Shown here piece by piece: positions 25,423-38,322 of a stretch of 64,000 nucleotides of DNA. A program made the translations under genes and the position numbers. The stretch spans positions 25,296,001 through 25,360,000 of the forward strand of contig OZ024748.1 of NCBI GenBank assembly GCA_964016885.1, written 5' to 3'. Source of the stretch: Eledone cirrhosa (Eukaryota). The notes under the pieces are model-generated. The model was not told the DNA's origin, searched no databases, and was given only the letters and a program-made list of their open reading frames with translations. Positions within the stretch are counted from its first letter, which is position 1. Each line of letters begins with the position of its first letter.

Positions 25423-25514
25423 TAATTGCCTTATGTTGTTTATTACATAACTATTAGCTCTGTTACCTACATAGAGCACTCTTTTTTCCTGGACTTTTCC
25501 GACGGAATTACTTC

Positions 25515-25566
<52 letters not shown>

Positions 25567-26025
25567 TGATGATTTTTAGTGTTAAAGAATAAAAACTAAT
25601 GGTAAAAGGAAAAGATATTTTTTTTAAAATGACGCCTCCAATGTTGTGTGTCCTAAGCTATAGCTTATTTAGTTATATAGGTATGACCAGCATTGATACA
25701 GTAATATATATATATGTGTGTGTGTATTAAATCTTTTCAAGTTTGTTCAATAAAATAAGAGGAGCCACAAGAATATTTTAGTCAGACTATATAACAATGT
25801 TTTAATTTATATCCCTCTAAGCTATTTGTTTGGAGACTTCTGCAAGAAACAAAAAAAATAAATAAATAAAAAAAAATAACAAAGCAAAAACATCCTTGTC
25901 ATGTTTTGAGAAATGTCTATGGTTATATTAATGTGTGTATGTATGATATGTTTATGTGTTGGCATAACAAATTATACATTTAAATCCTTCCACAAATATA
26001 AATATTATATATATGTATGTTTCAT

Positions 26026-26316
26026 ATATGTATTTGAATTTTGTATTTCTAAAGAAATATGGTATGTTTATAAATAAATATTTAGAAAGCCATACTTATG
26101 AAAAACATTGTCGATGAATTTCGAACTCAATTGGTTCTTATCAGGATGAACTCTCCCCCTCTTTCAACTGCTGGACTTTGAAAACAGGCGAAAATATATA
26201 GTTTTTTCGTCTGTGTAAATGAGGTGATTTATCTCATTTGCATATGAAGCTGTATAAGTTGGCTCAACTTGTAGACATACCGTATCTCTTTAGAAATACG
26301 AAATTCACATACATAT
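26026..26316 (-). mobile_element. Old fold-back element with a degenerate hammerhead-like core
   Basis: Imperfect arms ATATGTATTTGAATTTTGTATTTCTAAAGA / TCTTTAGAAATACGAAATTCACATACATAT; minus-strand CUGAUAA-GAAC..GUUC-GAAA at 26119-26144. Confidence 0.5.
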
Positions 26317-27829
26317 TTGTGTACAGCTATGTTCGAAGCTATATTCTAATTCTATTATATATATATTTATACAATTAATGATCATAAGGAGTAGGAACAA
26401 GGTATCAATATAGCATCATTATGTTTATTCATGTGTGACGCAAGTTTTGCAATTGATCAGCTCAAGGTACAATCGGTGCTCACCAATAAACTATATATAT
26501 ATGTGTGTGTGTGTGTGTGCCTATGTATATACTTATATATATATATAAATATATATATGTATGTATAGATATATATGTGTGTGTGTGTATATATATATAT
26601 ACACACACATACACATTGAGTGTGATTTCATATTTCAAAAGAATAAGCCCTTGATATGTAAACAGATTTAATTTATATATTTAATACAGTGTTTGCAGCC
26701 ATACATACATTTTCTGATAATGGAAAACACATAACTTGGTCAACAAAGATTATGAAACTAATAGTACCTTGAAAGTCCAACTAATACCATGTATATAATG
26801 TACATGTATATACTAGACTCAATCATCATTCTTACTGAGATAAACACATTTTATCTCCATAGATATAAATTAAAACTACATTCTATGTATTATATATAAA
26901 TAAAAGTTTGCTATCAAATGTATTGTGACAGTTTCTGTGCCTTTTTCTTTTCTTTTTTTCTTTTTTTTTTCCTTGTTGAGAAAGTTGGAGGAGAATTGAA
27001 AAGAAATTTATTCAGGTATGTTAATTTCTCCACAATTTATTCACAGCAGGTATATATATAATTATTTCCATCATTTCACCTGCTTTCCATATTCAATTCT
27101 AAGTATGAAACTTGGGAAAGAAACATGTTTCACCATTAGATAATATTTTTGTTCATTTGTTTTGTTTTTTTTTGTTTTTCTTTTCTTTTCTGTCTTCTTT
27201 TCGCTTTTTTTTTTTTTTTTGCTTTTCTTTTTTAATAAATAGTTCAAATATATTTGGTTAATTAAACATTATGGAAATAGTGAATGTTCTAATAATGAAT
27301 GACAGAAAACTCATCAATACAAAGATATAATTGATATGATGAATATTGCAGTGAATTCTTTTTCAGCAGTGTTATTTATATTTGCTATATGGGACCCACA
27401 CATGCCTTAACAGTGTGGTAACTGAAGAAGAAGTGAACAACTGTCAAAACTAATGACAAGTTTCTCACAAAACTTCTTCCAATTAATCGTTTCTTTACGA
27501 AAAGTCAAATATTTTATTATTATTATTAACATAATTATGATGTTGGTGACCATCATCATCATGTTTCCAACAGTTATTGCTGCACCAAGTAGGTGTACCA
27601 CAGGTGTATAGCAATCTATGTGTGTTTTACCTTGTGAGGTTTGTTTTGTCATTTTTCTGAGGTAACTTCTAGTGTTTTAGTGTGTTTGTTGTTTAGATAA
27701 AGTGATATAACTGGTTTTAAATGTCAGGTGGAAATTGTGTCATGTTATTGAAGTAGAAATGTCTGTAATGAGTTATGTGTTGTTTGTGGTGTGTTTGGTG
27801 ATATGTTGGTGGTATGTGTTGGTATATAA

Positions 27830-28775
27830 CTGGTGTGTGGCATATTGGTGGTGTGGTATACTGGTGGTGTGGTATAGTGGTATGTTGCTGGTGTAGTAGT
27901 GTATTGTGTTGTGTAGTGGTATATTGGTGGTGTGGTGTAGTAGTATATTGGTGGTGTGGTGTAGTGGTATATTGGTGGTGTGGTATGTTGTAGTGGTGTA
28001 GTGGTATATTGTGGTGGTGTGGTGCAGTGGTATATTGGTATATCGGTGGTGTGGTGTAGTGGTATATTGGTGGTGTGGTGTAGTGGTATATTGGTATATT
28101 GGTGGTGTGGTGTAGTAGTATATTGGTGGTGTGGTATATTGGTATATTGGTGGTGTGGTGTAGTGGTATATTGGTTGTGTGGTGTAGTGGTATATTGGTA
28201 TATCGGTGGTGTGGTGTAATGGTATATTGGTGGTGTGGTATATTGGTGGTGTGGTGTAGTGGCATATTGGTGATGTAGTGTAGTGAAATATTGGTATATT
28301 GGTGGTGTGGTGTAGTGGTATATTGGTGGTGTGGTGTAGTGGTATATTGGTTGTGTGGTGTAGTGGTATATTGGTGGTGTGGTGTAGTGGTATATTGGTT
28401 GTGTGGTGTAGTGGTATATTGGTGGTGGGGTGTAGTGGTATATTGGTTGTGTGGTGTAGTGGTATATTGGTGGTGGGGTGTAGTGGTATATTGGTTGTGT
28501 GGTGTAGTGGTATATTGGTGGTGTGGTGTAGTGGTATATTGGTTGTGTGGTGTAGTGGTATATTGGTGGTGTGGTGTAGTGGTATATTGGTGGTGTGGTG
28601 TAGTGGTATATTGGTGGTGTGGTGTAGTGGTATATTGGTTGTGCGGTGTAGTGGTATATTGGTGGTGGGGTGTAGTGGTATATTGGTTGTGTGGTGTATT
28701 GGTATATTGGTGGTGGGGTGTAGTGGTGTAGTGGTATATTGGTGGTGTGGTGTAGGGGTATATTGGTGGGGGATG
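27830..28775. repeat. G/T-rich 24-bp minisatellite
   Basis: GGTATATTGGTGGTGTGGTGTAGT; regular from about 28290, degenerate upstream. Confidence 0.95.
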
Positions 28776-28922
28776 TGATTTGTTAAAGTAATATAATTAT
28801 TTTTTTTATTTTATTCATCACAGACTGTGTCATGCTCTGAAAACATTGAGCAAGAAGAGTTATGGCTGGATTGGTTCACATTATATATATGTGTGTGTGT
28901 TTGTATGTGTTTGTATGTGCAC

Positions 28923-28983
<61 letters not shown>

Positions 28984-29079
28984 AATGAAGTAATTCCGTA
29001 GGAAAAGTCCAGGAAAAAAGAGTGCTCTATGTAGGTAACAGAGCTTAATAGTTATGTAATAAACAACATAAGGCAATTA

Positions 29080-29139
29080 TTCCATTTACCAGTGGTTTCT
29101 TAAAAGCAAAAAATTTTGCTTTCAATCCTCAGAATGAAA
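29080..29139 (-). ncRNA. Type I hammerhead ribozyme
   Basis: Same motif as 25363-25422 except one stem II loop base. Confidence 0.85.
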
Positions 29140-29225
29140 AAATCCTGGTCTGTTTATTGAATTTGGATTTTAAAAACAATTGAATTTGTTTTTAAAATCC
29201 AAATTCAATAAACAGACCAGGATTT

Positions 29226-29285
29226 TTTCATTCTGAGGATTGAAAGCAAAATTTTTTGCTTTTAAGAAACCACTGGTAAATGGAA
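29226..29285 (+). ncRNA. Type I hammerhead ribozyme
   Basis: CUGAGGA 29233-29239; GAAA 29266-29269; CCACUGGUA; stem I AAUGGAA. Confidence 0.85.
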
Positions 29286-29310
29286 TAATTGCCTTATGTT
29301 GTTTATTACA

Positions 29311-29351
<41 letters not shown>

Positions 29352-30271
29352 TTATTTACTGGTTCCAGTCATTGGACTGTGGCCATGCTTGGGAACCACT
29401 TCTTGGATTTTAGTCAACTAAATCCACCCACAACTTATTTCAGTCAGCTATTTATTTTATCCACCTCCAATAATTGAAAGACTAAGTTACCATTTTTTTT
29501 ATTTATTTCATGGGACACAACTAGATAGACAGGATATTACACCAATAAATATGTAAAAACATAAATTGAAATAAATAAACAGTACAAAACCAAAACATTG
29601 AGCAAAATACATGAAATAGTCTACATACAGTCTTTTATACTTGGAAAGGGAAGTGCTGACCCCCTCCTGCCCAGTACATTTGTTAAAAGGTGGAGGAATG
29701 TTGCTGGATAACCTGAGTAAATGGGGTAACTGAGTATGTGACGGTAGGCTGGAGATTTCAGAGAGGCGAGGGAGAACCTTGGCAATCAGGGTTTGGGATT
29801 TGTGAGGTTCTTGAATTATCCCTGGGTGATACTTCTTCCTATTGGGTGAATTCTGTTGTGATTAATTTGTTGTTAATTGTTGTCAATTTCTTTGTTGACA
29901 TGTTTGATTATATGTTAATCTCTACTGACCCTGTCCATTTATATTGTCCTTTCTGTTTCAGCCATAGTGGCCTACAAACGAAGAAATATTGTTATTATCA
30001 TTAGGTTGTTACCCATCGCTACACTGCTGCTAAAGTACACACACAAACAACCTGAAAAATAACTATATATACTATATATACTACATATAAGTGTGGCTGA
30101 CAAATGTCATGGTTTTTGTTGAAGCCTGTGTTGACTTGTTTATATGTTGAAGGACTCACAAACACACACACACACACACACACGATCTTTTCGACATGTG
30201 TTGCACTTAAAATTCTGCGTTTTTAATCAAAACTGGTTAGTAACAAAATTATACCTATCTATCTTTCACAC

Positions 30272-30308
<37 letters not shown>

Positions 30309-30481
30309 AATAACAACAACAACATGTGAAAGTCTGTGCTGCATTTTCTATATGTTGAAGGGCATACAGAAATACACACACACATAAATATACAGACACA
30401 CACACAATTTCTGCATTTTCAATCAAAACTCATTATTTACTATGGTGACAACACTCTTCTTATTTATCTATCTTTCACAGA

Positions 30482-30528
<47 letters not shown>

Positions 30529-31477
30529 TCTCTCTCTCTCACTGTATTTTTCTCTCAACAACAATAACTTTTCACTCCTCCCCTTTTCCCACCTTCTACA
30601 TATATGTGTGACAGACCGACAGAGGGAGGAACAGCTTCTTATTTATGATATAGATATATTGAGCAGTAACAATGAGAAATTGACAGCACCAACAACAATA
30701 GAAATGGTAACTTCTAAGATGATCTTTCGATATTGTTATATAAAATGGTTGAATACAGCAGCATGTTATCATTGAATTTGCATTGCTATCACCACTTAAT
30801 ATGAGGAATTTTAACACATATAGTTAAAATCTATCCTAAGTGCAGAGACTCATCAGGCTGGTATTTATTCAGGTTATGCATGGTGTCAAGTATTAAACTA
30901 ATATATTTCTTCAATATACTGTGTCATTTGTTTTGTTATTTCTGTTTACCTTTTACACACACACACACACATAATGTATATAAATATATATATGTATATA
31001 TATATATACTGGATGAAATTCTATAAAATATTAAAAACTAAGTATTATATTTCCTCCCAAAATATATCTAATATGTAATTAATTCTTCTGCTAGTTCTTT
31101 ATAAATTAAACTCATTTAAATTAACTCCTAGTTTTCTATATTTAATAATTTTGTTATATTTATGTAATCACATTCAACAACAAACATTTCAAAGCCATCT
31201 TCCCTGGTAAAGCGAGTGTTAGTCTTGCAGGTCCAATGAAAATCTTTTTTTCCCATTTTTTCCCTAATGTTCAGGTCCCACCTCACCAACTTTCATTTGC
31301 TCCTCCATTGTTTTAAGTCATGCCTGCCTTGGTCTTCCCCATCCTCTACTTCCTTCCACATTATATTTCCATCACTTCTCTCACCCAGTCACTTTTATCC
31401 TTCCACAAGACATGTCTCATTTAAGTTTTATCTCTTGTAATAATAACCTATAAAGAACACCCCTTGGGCTTGTCTGA

Positions 31478-31920
31478 CATGTACACATATACACATGTAC
31501 ACATGTACACATATACACATATATACATGTACATATATACACATGTACACATATATACATGTACATATATACACATATACACATGTACACATATACACAT
31601 ATACACATGTACACATATACACATATACACATGTACACATATACACATATACACATGTACACATATGCATATATACACATATACACATGTACACATATAC
31701 ACATATACACATATACATATATACACATGTACACATATACACATGTACACATGTACATATATACACATATACACATGTACACATATACACATATATACAT
31801 ATACACATATACACATATACACATATAGACATGTACACATATACACATGTACACATATATACATATACACATATTCACATATATATACATATGCAAATAT
31901 ACATATATACACATGTACAG
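31478..31920. repeat. (ACACAT)n / (ACATGT)n compound microsatellite
   Basis: Direct inspection. Confidence 0.95.
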
Positions 31921-32024
31921 ACAATACACTGTTGTGGTGGACTGTTGTATTTTTACACCATAACTCCTCCTCCTTTGGTCACGAAAGACCATGGAATTTG
32001 CACCTAGGATGTTGCCCTCTCAGG

Positions 32025-32182
32025 CAGGGCCATCTTAACGCATAGGCATGCTGGGCAGTTGCCCGGGGTTCCACGAGGATAGGGGGCCCATTTGTATTTT
32101 TATTCTTGTGAGTAGTTGTGTAGGTAGGGACCCCAGTGCTCTGCTTTGCCCAGGGGCCTATAATGCTGTTAAGACGGCCCTG
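32025..32182. mobile_element. hAT-type MITE nested in a CORE-like SINE (about 31960-32450, minus)
   Basis: TIRs CAGGGCCATCTTAAC / GTTAAGACGGCCCTG; 8-bp TSD CTCTCAGG / CTCTGAGG (7 of 8). Confidence 0.85.
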
Positions 32183-32479
32183 CTCTGAGGCACAAGCCCA
32201 GGCAAGGTGTTTTATGGAAGAACAGCAGTCCTACCAGTCTCCTCCCTCTCTAGGCCACCAATGTTGTCTAAGGGAAGGACAATGGCTGATACATTAGTGA
32301 TGTTGCAACTCATTTCCACAGCTGAGTGAACTAAAGCAATATGAAATAAAGTGTCTTCAAGGACACAACACATCGCCTGGTCTGGGAATCGAACTCACAA
32401 CCTCACAATTGTAAGCCCAGTGCTCTAACCACTAAGCCATGTGCTTTCTCTATGCTAACTTCCACATTTGCTGCAATAA

Positions 32480-32669
32480 TAATTGTTTCTACTTTCGGCA
32501 CAAGGCCAGCAATACCCAGTGCATTACTGGTACTTTATTTTATCGACCCCGTAAGGATGAAGGGCAAAGTTAACCTCGGCGGGATTTGAACTCAGAATGG
32601 CAAGGGCCGTAACTCCATGCGTCAAAGCATGGCATCCGATCCTCTACCGATGCTGCCAATCCACCACCC
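32480..32669 (-). mobile_element. Full-length tRNA-derived SINE
   Basis: Minus strand GGGTGGTGGATTGGCAGCATCGGTAGAG..GAGTTCAAATCCCGCCGAGG..AGTAGAAACAATT. Confidence 0.85.
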
Positions 32670-32687
32670 TACAATGATAATGAATAG

Positions 32688-33024
32688 TCATCATCATCAT
32701 CATCATCATCAGGTTTAGCGTCCGTGTTCCACGCTTGCATGGGTTTGGACAGGGGTTTTCCCACTTGAGGCAAGAGTGGTTGTCTTGCTCGCATAGGACT
32801 GTCTGGCGGGTTTTCTACAGTTGGATGCCCTTCCTAACACCAACCACATTTACAGTGTGGGGCTGGGAGGTTTTTACCGTGTTGCCTACACGGCCACATT
32901 ACAGCGTGGACTGTCTGGCGGGTTTTCTACAGCTGGATGCCCTTCCTAACACCAACCACATTTACAGTGTGGGGCTGGGAGGTTTTTACCGTGTTGCCTA
33001 CACGGCCACATTTACAGCGTGGAC
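32688..33024 (-). mobile_element. RTE-tail element with an internal duplication of about 110 bp
   Basis: (CAT)n tail; GGACTGTCTGGCGGGTTTTCTACAG..CACGGCCACATT occurs twice; related copy at 35260-35480. Confidence 0.75.
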
Positions 33025-33580
33025 TAACAATAGTAACTAGTTTCTTGTCTTGTCAGTAGAGGATTCAAAGAGTTTGCTTACTTATGATAAATTATGGGAG
33101 CCAGAAATTATAGGATTCAAAAATGATCAATATATATTTCAATTATTGACTAGTAAATGAATGATTAAAGTGTGCTCTTAAAGAAAAGAAAATATTTATG
33201 AGCTGCTAGCTATTAAAGACAATGATAAATGATGTACAAAATGTTGTAATGTAATCTTTTAACAGAGATATATTTCTATAATGTAATATTTTTATTTACT
33301 CACCAAATTATTGCTATTTAAGAACTGATTAAAGTACTGTCAGCTAACCTCACACTCTGTTGAATGCCTGTGTTTGTTGGCATTCATAATCTACCATATA
33401 TTTTGAATTGAGATTTCATAGATCCAGTAGATAAGCTGCATCCTGGTTTTTTCATACAACATTCATAATCTACCATATATTTTGAATTAAGGTTTTGTAG
33501 ATCCAGTAGATAAGTCACATTGTTTTTTATGGCTGTTAATCTCTGTTTTGCTTGACGTTTTGCTTTATATATATATTTAA

Positions 33581-33800
33581 CCCTTTAGCATTCACATTGT
33601 TCTATATATACTATTATATTTTCATGGTAAAGGCTTCACCTCACATAATTATCTCACATAATATCGAATCTATGAGATTTTGAAAGTATTTCTTTTGAGA
33701 ACAATAGCTTAACATCAGTATGTGCGACCAGTTACAGCCAGTTTCAACAGAAAGAGGTAGAGATTTCTGGCCGGTTTTGGCCAGTTTGAACATTAAAGGG
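33581..33800. mobile_element. piggyBac-type MITE
   Basis: TTAA|CCCTTTAGCATTCA .. TGAACATTAAAGGG|TTAT termini. Confidence 0.55.
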
Positions 33801-34140
33801 TTATATAAATTGCTAACAACTCGCTCTTCCCTGTCTACTCAATCTTGTCTGTCTATACAACACAAACACACATATACCTAACACCTATAAACAGCTAACG
33901 GACATTTTGTCGTCTACTTAAAGGTAGCTGTACTTGTAGTAGTTGTACAGCTAGCCACCAGTTTTTAGCTTTAGGTTCTAACTTCAAGTTTCATTAAAAA
34001 AAGGAAACATACATACACACTCAGACACTCTCTCAAATATGTGTATATATTTAGATATACACACTCACATATACATATATATGTGTGTGTGTGGAGAAAC
34101 AGACACTCTTCTCCGGTGTTAACTTGTTCTGATTTTACCG

Positions 34141-35063
34141 ATGTTGGGTAAAAAGAAGGAATTTAGTTTCAAGAAAATGGCAAACCAAGGTTTGGCAGAA
34201 GAATGTTTCTACTTGTCTGTCAAAGAGATGAGGAAACCTCCCACACCAACACCAAAGCTTCCTCCAGCTTTACAATCTCGCCAATGTAGTGTTGACCAAT
34301 CACAGATCCCTGTCATATCTTCCCATAATTCTCATCCACTGACTTACAGAGATGTACCTGCCATCTATCGACCAACTTTGAGACCTGCCTCTACCTCCTA
34401 TGATGTCCCGTATGAACCCTCATTACCCTGACGACAACTTCCCCTCACCACTGCCAGTCCAGCGGGCAGCTACACTACAAACTTACTGCCTCGGTCAGAT
34501 GGTCAAAAAATCAGCAAAGAAGCTGAAGTCAATGCCTTGACCAGTATACTAATGCAAAATATTGAATCTGCTGGTGACCCAGATGTGGCCACCATGTCAT
34601 AGGTCAGAGTAACAGATGTAGAGCCATGGATCAAGTTGTGGGACCATCTTCCGTAGTAAATCACTCTATGCTATTGAGACCAAACCTTATTGTGAATCTT
34701 GTTATGTTAACACACTTGAAAAATGTTCAGTTTGTTTGAAACCTATTGTTGACCGATTGTTGAAAGCCACAGGTAAACCATACCCACCCTTCCTGTTTCA
34801 CCTGTGGGGTATGTGATAAAAGTCTTGATGAGGTACCTTTCACAGTTGATGCCACCAACCAGATTCACTGCATTGGTGACTTTCACAAAAAAATTGCCCC
34901 TCGCTGTTGTGTATGTCAACTTCCCATTATGTCCGACCCTGGTTAGAAGGAGATTGTGCGTGTGGTAGCTATGGATAGGAGCTTTCATGTGAACATACTC
35001 TAAAAAATCTGCAATGCCAAGTGCATTCAGGCACTCACCACTAAAATGTCCATTGAACTGTGA
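34141..35063 (+). pseudogene. LPP: Processed pseudogene of an LPP/TRIP6/zyxin-family three-LIM protein
   Basis: Intronless. Pro-rich N-terminal part; EAEVNALTSILMQNIESAGDPD; KPYCESCYVNTLEKCSVCLKPIVDRLLKATGKPY; CFTCGVCDKSLDEVPFTVDATNQIHC; APRCCVCQLPIM; VRVVAMDRSFHV; CNAKCIQALTTKMSIEL-stop. Has in-frame stops, frameshifts and deletions. Confidence 0.9.
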
Positions 35064-35687
35064 ATGTTGGGGTCAGAGGCTTTCTTCCAAGCACCATATT
35101 GTGTGTCTTATAGATCCGCCCTCTCTCTCTCTTCCTCTTTCTCCTCTTCTCTCCCTGTCTTCTGTCTTAGGGATAACCATATAATCTTTCCTGACAGATC
35201 CATATAGTCCTGTATCTGTCAGAACCACATACTCTTGTCTGACAGATCCACACACACACATCATCATACGTCCATCTTCCACGCTAGCATGGGTTTAGAC
35301 GGGAATTGTCCCACTTGAGGCAAGATTGGTTGTCTTGCTTGTGTAGGACTGTCTGGCAGGTTTTCTACAGCTGGATGCCCTTCCTAACACCAACCATGTT
35401 ACAGTGTGGACTGGGAGGTTTTTACCGTGTTACCTACACGGCCACATTACAGCGTGGACTGTGTGTTTTTTTTTTGTCATGACACATATATATATATCAC
35501 CATTATAACACACACACACACACAAACACATATATATCCATATAACTCCTGTCCAGAGACTTCACCTTAATTACACACACATACACATATATATATATAT
35601 ATATATATTAATGAATGCTTGGTGGTCACCGATCTGTCCAGCTCGTTAGTATACCAGCACATAATGAAAAAAATTATATATCTCATG

Positions 35688-35765
35688 TATTTTGTTTGAA
35701 AAGGATATGTTTTGGTTTATGTTATACATAAAACTTTGCATCCTTGAAATATATATAATAAAATA
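35688..35765 (+). ncRNA. Degenerate hammerhead-like motif in a (TA)n-flanked 165-bp insert
   Basis: Stem I UAUUUUGU/AUAAAAUA; UUGAAAA; long stem II (AAGGAU/AUCCUU, register off by 2 nt); GAAA-U-AUAU-A-UA. Confidence 0.4.
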
Positions 35766-35770
35766 AATAA

Positions 35771-35827
<57 letters not shown>

Positions 35828-35898
35828 TTGAGGCCGTCCAAACCCATGCAAGCGTGGAAGATGGACGTTAAACAATGATGATGATGATGATGATATAG

Positions 35899-35934
<36 letters not shown>

Positions 35935-37612
35935 GTAAGTATGCATGTATGTATATGTACATACATATATGTATACAGACGTACAGTAGTATGTATATAT
36001 ATACATACAGGTGGTCTTTACCTTTTATTTTCTTATATATAGTAGTCTGTACCTAGCTTTAAAAATTGCTCCCAAAAATCAACATTTAAAAAAAATATTC
36101 AACGAGATCAATGTTATAAAATGTTCAATAAATCAATAGATCATTCTTATATCATGAATTTTGAGGTCCTTTTATGGGGGTTTTGTTGTTTTGTTTTTTA
36201 GCTGAATGTAGCGAAAAACATTACAATTGAAACAAGTGGATAAGTGTTAGTATTTAATACCTCAATGTATGCTGATGAAAACAGAACACTTGATGGACAT
36301 CTCACCAAACATAGAGTCATAAATGCTTCCAATGCTTTACAAATCAGGTTTTAAGTGTGTGAGAACTATGTTAGAGTGGGTGTTGTTATGGAAGATTTAA
36401 TCTAAAATATAAATCTATCACATACACACTCTCTTATTGAGACAAGTAAATGAGAGAGATCTACTTGAAGGTATTCTATCCCAAACAGCCATATATTGAC
36501 TAAAAGGAGGGCGGAGTAATCAAGAGGGACAAAAACAATAACATCAACAGTAGCAACTGCAAAAAACATAACAAAAAAAAAACAATAACATCAACAGTAG
36601 CAACTACAAAAAACATAACAAAAATCATTACAAAAATTCCATAACAGCAACATTGTAATTGAAGCATAAGCCTCAACATACAACAATGTCATTTGTTACA
36701 TAAGCACAAGATTTATGGAGAAATAATTGTGTATGTTTATGATTTTCTTAGTCATGTAATGTTACTAGCAGCCTAAAGAAGGAAAACAAAACTATCTAGA
36801 TTGAACAACTATATATAAAAAAAAAAGCTGATACAACTATATATATATAATACAACTTTATGTTAAAGATATATTCTAGGTAATATTTTGAGCTACAAAT
36901 CTAGATTTTGAAATGATTTAGTGAAATAGTTGTTTATCAAACAGAAATCAACATTAACACTCTAGAGTTAACAATTATTATTGGAGTTCTGTTAAAATTG
37001 ACTATATTTTTTACATTCTATGTTTGTGTCAAGTGCAAAGCTTGTATGACAGACTGACAAATTTCTGGGCTACATGACAAATAAGTTGAAACTTGTACAA
37101 GATTACTTTAAGACTTGTTATACATGTTGGTCCTTCTAAATTTGGCAAGCTTAGCACCAGAACATTTCCTGATTATGGAAAAATGATGGAAAACGGAAAT
37201 GTAAACATAGTCTGGCTACCTCCTTCAACATGTGTATTGATGCCTTACCAAAACTAAAACAAATCTTAAAACAGGAAATAATACAACTAATAATACTTTC
37301 CAATATATTTCGTAAAATTGTAGGAATGTCGAATGGGGAAATAGCATTTGAGATTCCTACAATTTGACAAAATTTTTACACACTCATCATGCCAAATCAT
37401 TTTATATCATGTTGTTTCAAGTATATAGTTTTTAATTATTTCATGTAATATAAAGTCTAAAACCAATAAATAATAGGACAAGGTAGATAGACAGACATAT
37501 TCATAGTGATCTTGGTCTCTTTATGAGGCAGTGTTTTACAGCTGAATGGCCTTTTAGTTGCCTCTATCTGTCATATATGGTGGCAGACTCAAAATCTATC
37601 AGTCCATGATAA

Positions 37613-37930
37613 TCATGGTCTAGCAACTCACATGGCCTAGCAATTATAATTGCTAGGCCATGTGAGTTGCTAGGCCATGAGAGGTGCCAGGTCATAAGAG
37701 CTTCCAGGCCATGGCAGATGCCAGATCATGAGAGTTGCCAGGCAATGGGGTTTGCCAAGCCATAGGAGTTGCCATATCATGAAAGTTGCCAAGCAATAAG
37801 AGTTGCTAGGCAATGGAGGTTGCCAAGCCATCAGAGTTGCCAGGCCATAGGAGTTGCAAGATCATGAGAGTTTCCAGGCCATGAGAATTGCTAGGCAATG
37901 AGATTTGCTAGGTCAGAGGAGTTGCCAGCT
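37613..37930. repeat. 54-bp perfect palindrome (37620-37673) leading into a degenerate array of about 20-bp units
   Basis: CTAGCAACTCACATGGCCTAGCAATTA|TAATTGCTAGGCCATGTGAGTTGCTAG, then GAGTTGCCAGGCCATGA-like units. Confidence 0.88.
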
Positions 37931-38256
37931 TCAAAAGGTTCAACATGTACTTATTTCAAGTAATGGAATTTGACTTTCAAAACATACTTTCTCTTGTAGA
38001 TAACTATTTTCTATCATGCAAGTACATATATACATATCATGATTGTGTCCTCTACTATATATATATATATATAAGGATTGGTGCTCTGAAATAGCAATGT
38101 ATACATGAATGTATGTATAGTATATTTGGCAATATACCGTATGTTTAATTAAAAACATTTAGAAGACCATACGCTATCAGTTTTAAAGTAGTGACTATGT
38201 CACTTACTTCTTTTTGGCGAAATACATATCATGATTGTGTCCTGTACGTTATATAC

Positions 38257-38296
<40 letters not shown>

Positions 38297-38322
38297 AAAA
38301 TTTCGCTCTACATGGCTGAATA

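Larger units (their letters stand above)
25217..25518 (+). mobile_element. Penelope-like mini-insertion: inverted arm + direct arm + 65-nt tail, within (TA)n
   Basis: Perfect 106-bp inverted repeat (25217-25322 / 25349-25454); each arm carries a hammerhead; second copy at 28984-29317. Confidence 0.8.
28984..29317 (-). mobile_element. Second copy of the hammerhead fold-back element, opposite orientation
   Basis: Perfect 132-bp arms (29048-29179 / 29186-29317), tail 28984-29047, (TA)n on both sides. Confidence 0.8.

Noticed and set aside
27717-28778. His/Thr-rich or Trp/Cys/Val-rich ORFs
   Set aside because: Translations of a 24-bp simple repeat.
31417-32045. Overlapping 140-190 aa ORFs
   Set aside because: Microsatellite translations.
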